DNA from: Botryllus schlosseri
Lineage: Eukaryota
Direction: 5' to 3'
Length of the DNA stretch: 64,000 nt
Assembly (NCBI GenBank): GCA_051294905.1
Contig: CM119386.1
Location: forward strand, 7,564,001 to 7,628,000
Both the position numbers and the translations under genes were made by a program. Below are positions 63,941 to 64,000 of the stretch, piece after piece. The notes beneath the pieces are model-generated. The model saw nothing but the letters and a program-made list of their open reading frames with translations. It did no database searches and was not told where the DNA came from. Each line of letters opens with the position of its first letter. Position 1 is the first letter of the stretch.

Positions 63941-64000
63941 GTGGGTTATTTATTGTTGCTGGCCACGTGAGATTGCTGCTCTAAACGTTTATTGCGTTAT

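Noticed and set aside
1-64000. CRISPR array, prokaryotic operons, defence systems or rRNA
   Set aside because: No regularly spaced repeat-spacer array and no long intronless ORFs. The gene structure is spliceosomal eukaryotic.

Overview
Metazoan nuclear genomic DNA, not prokaryotic (no CRISPR, no operons). Spliceosomal GT-AG introns as short as 57 nt and the divergence from vertebrate proteins suggest an invertebrate, possibly a tunicate; that is inference only. Most single-ORF track entries are noise or exon fragments. (1) The minus strand carries the 5' two-thirds of a ZMIZ1/tonalli-type gene: 9 phase-consistent coding exons from 21533 down to 513, 601 codons; the SP-RING/MIZ finger should lie left of the window. 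(2) The plus strand carries a divergently oriented, uncharacterised gene of 8 or more exons (59315 to about 63940, 579 codons) with a possible PB1/ubiquitin-like N-terminus. (3) The ~38 kb between them is a transposon graveyard: decayed LINE fragments, several hAT-type MITEs with intact TSDs, a 4.2-kb CACTA/EnSpm-like element inserted into a hAT transposase, and a 311-bp TSD-flanked foldback element with a telomere-like core. There is also a perfect 156-bp tandem duplication, one canonical tRNA-Asp(GTC) and a tRNA-derived SINE-like head. I see no convincing wholly new biological system. The best candidates for follow-up are the orphan plus-strand gene, the spliced CACTA accessory gene, the telomere-repeat MITE and candidate regulatory structure around ZMIZ. 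All family assignments come from recalled motifs, not from database searches.
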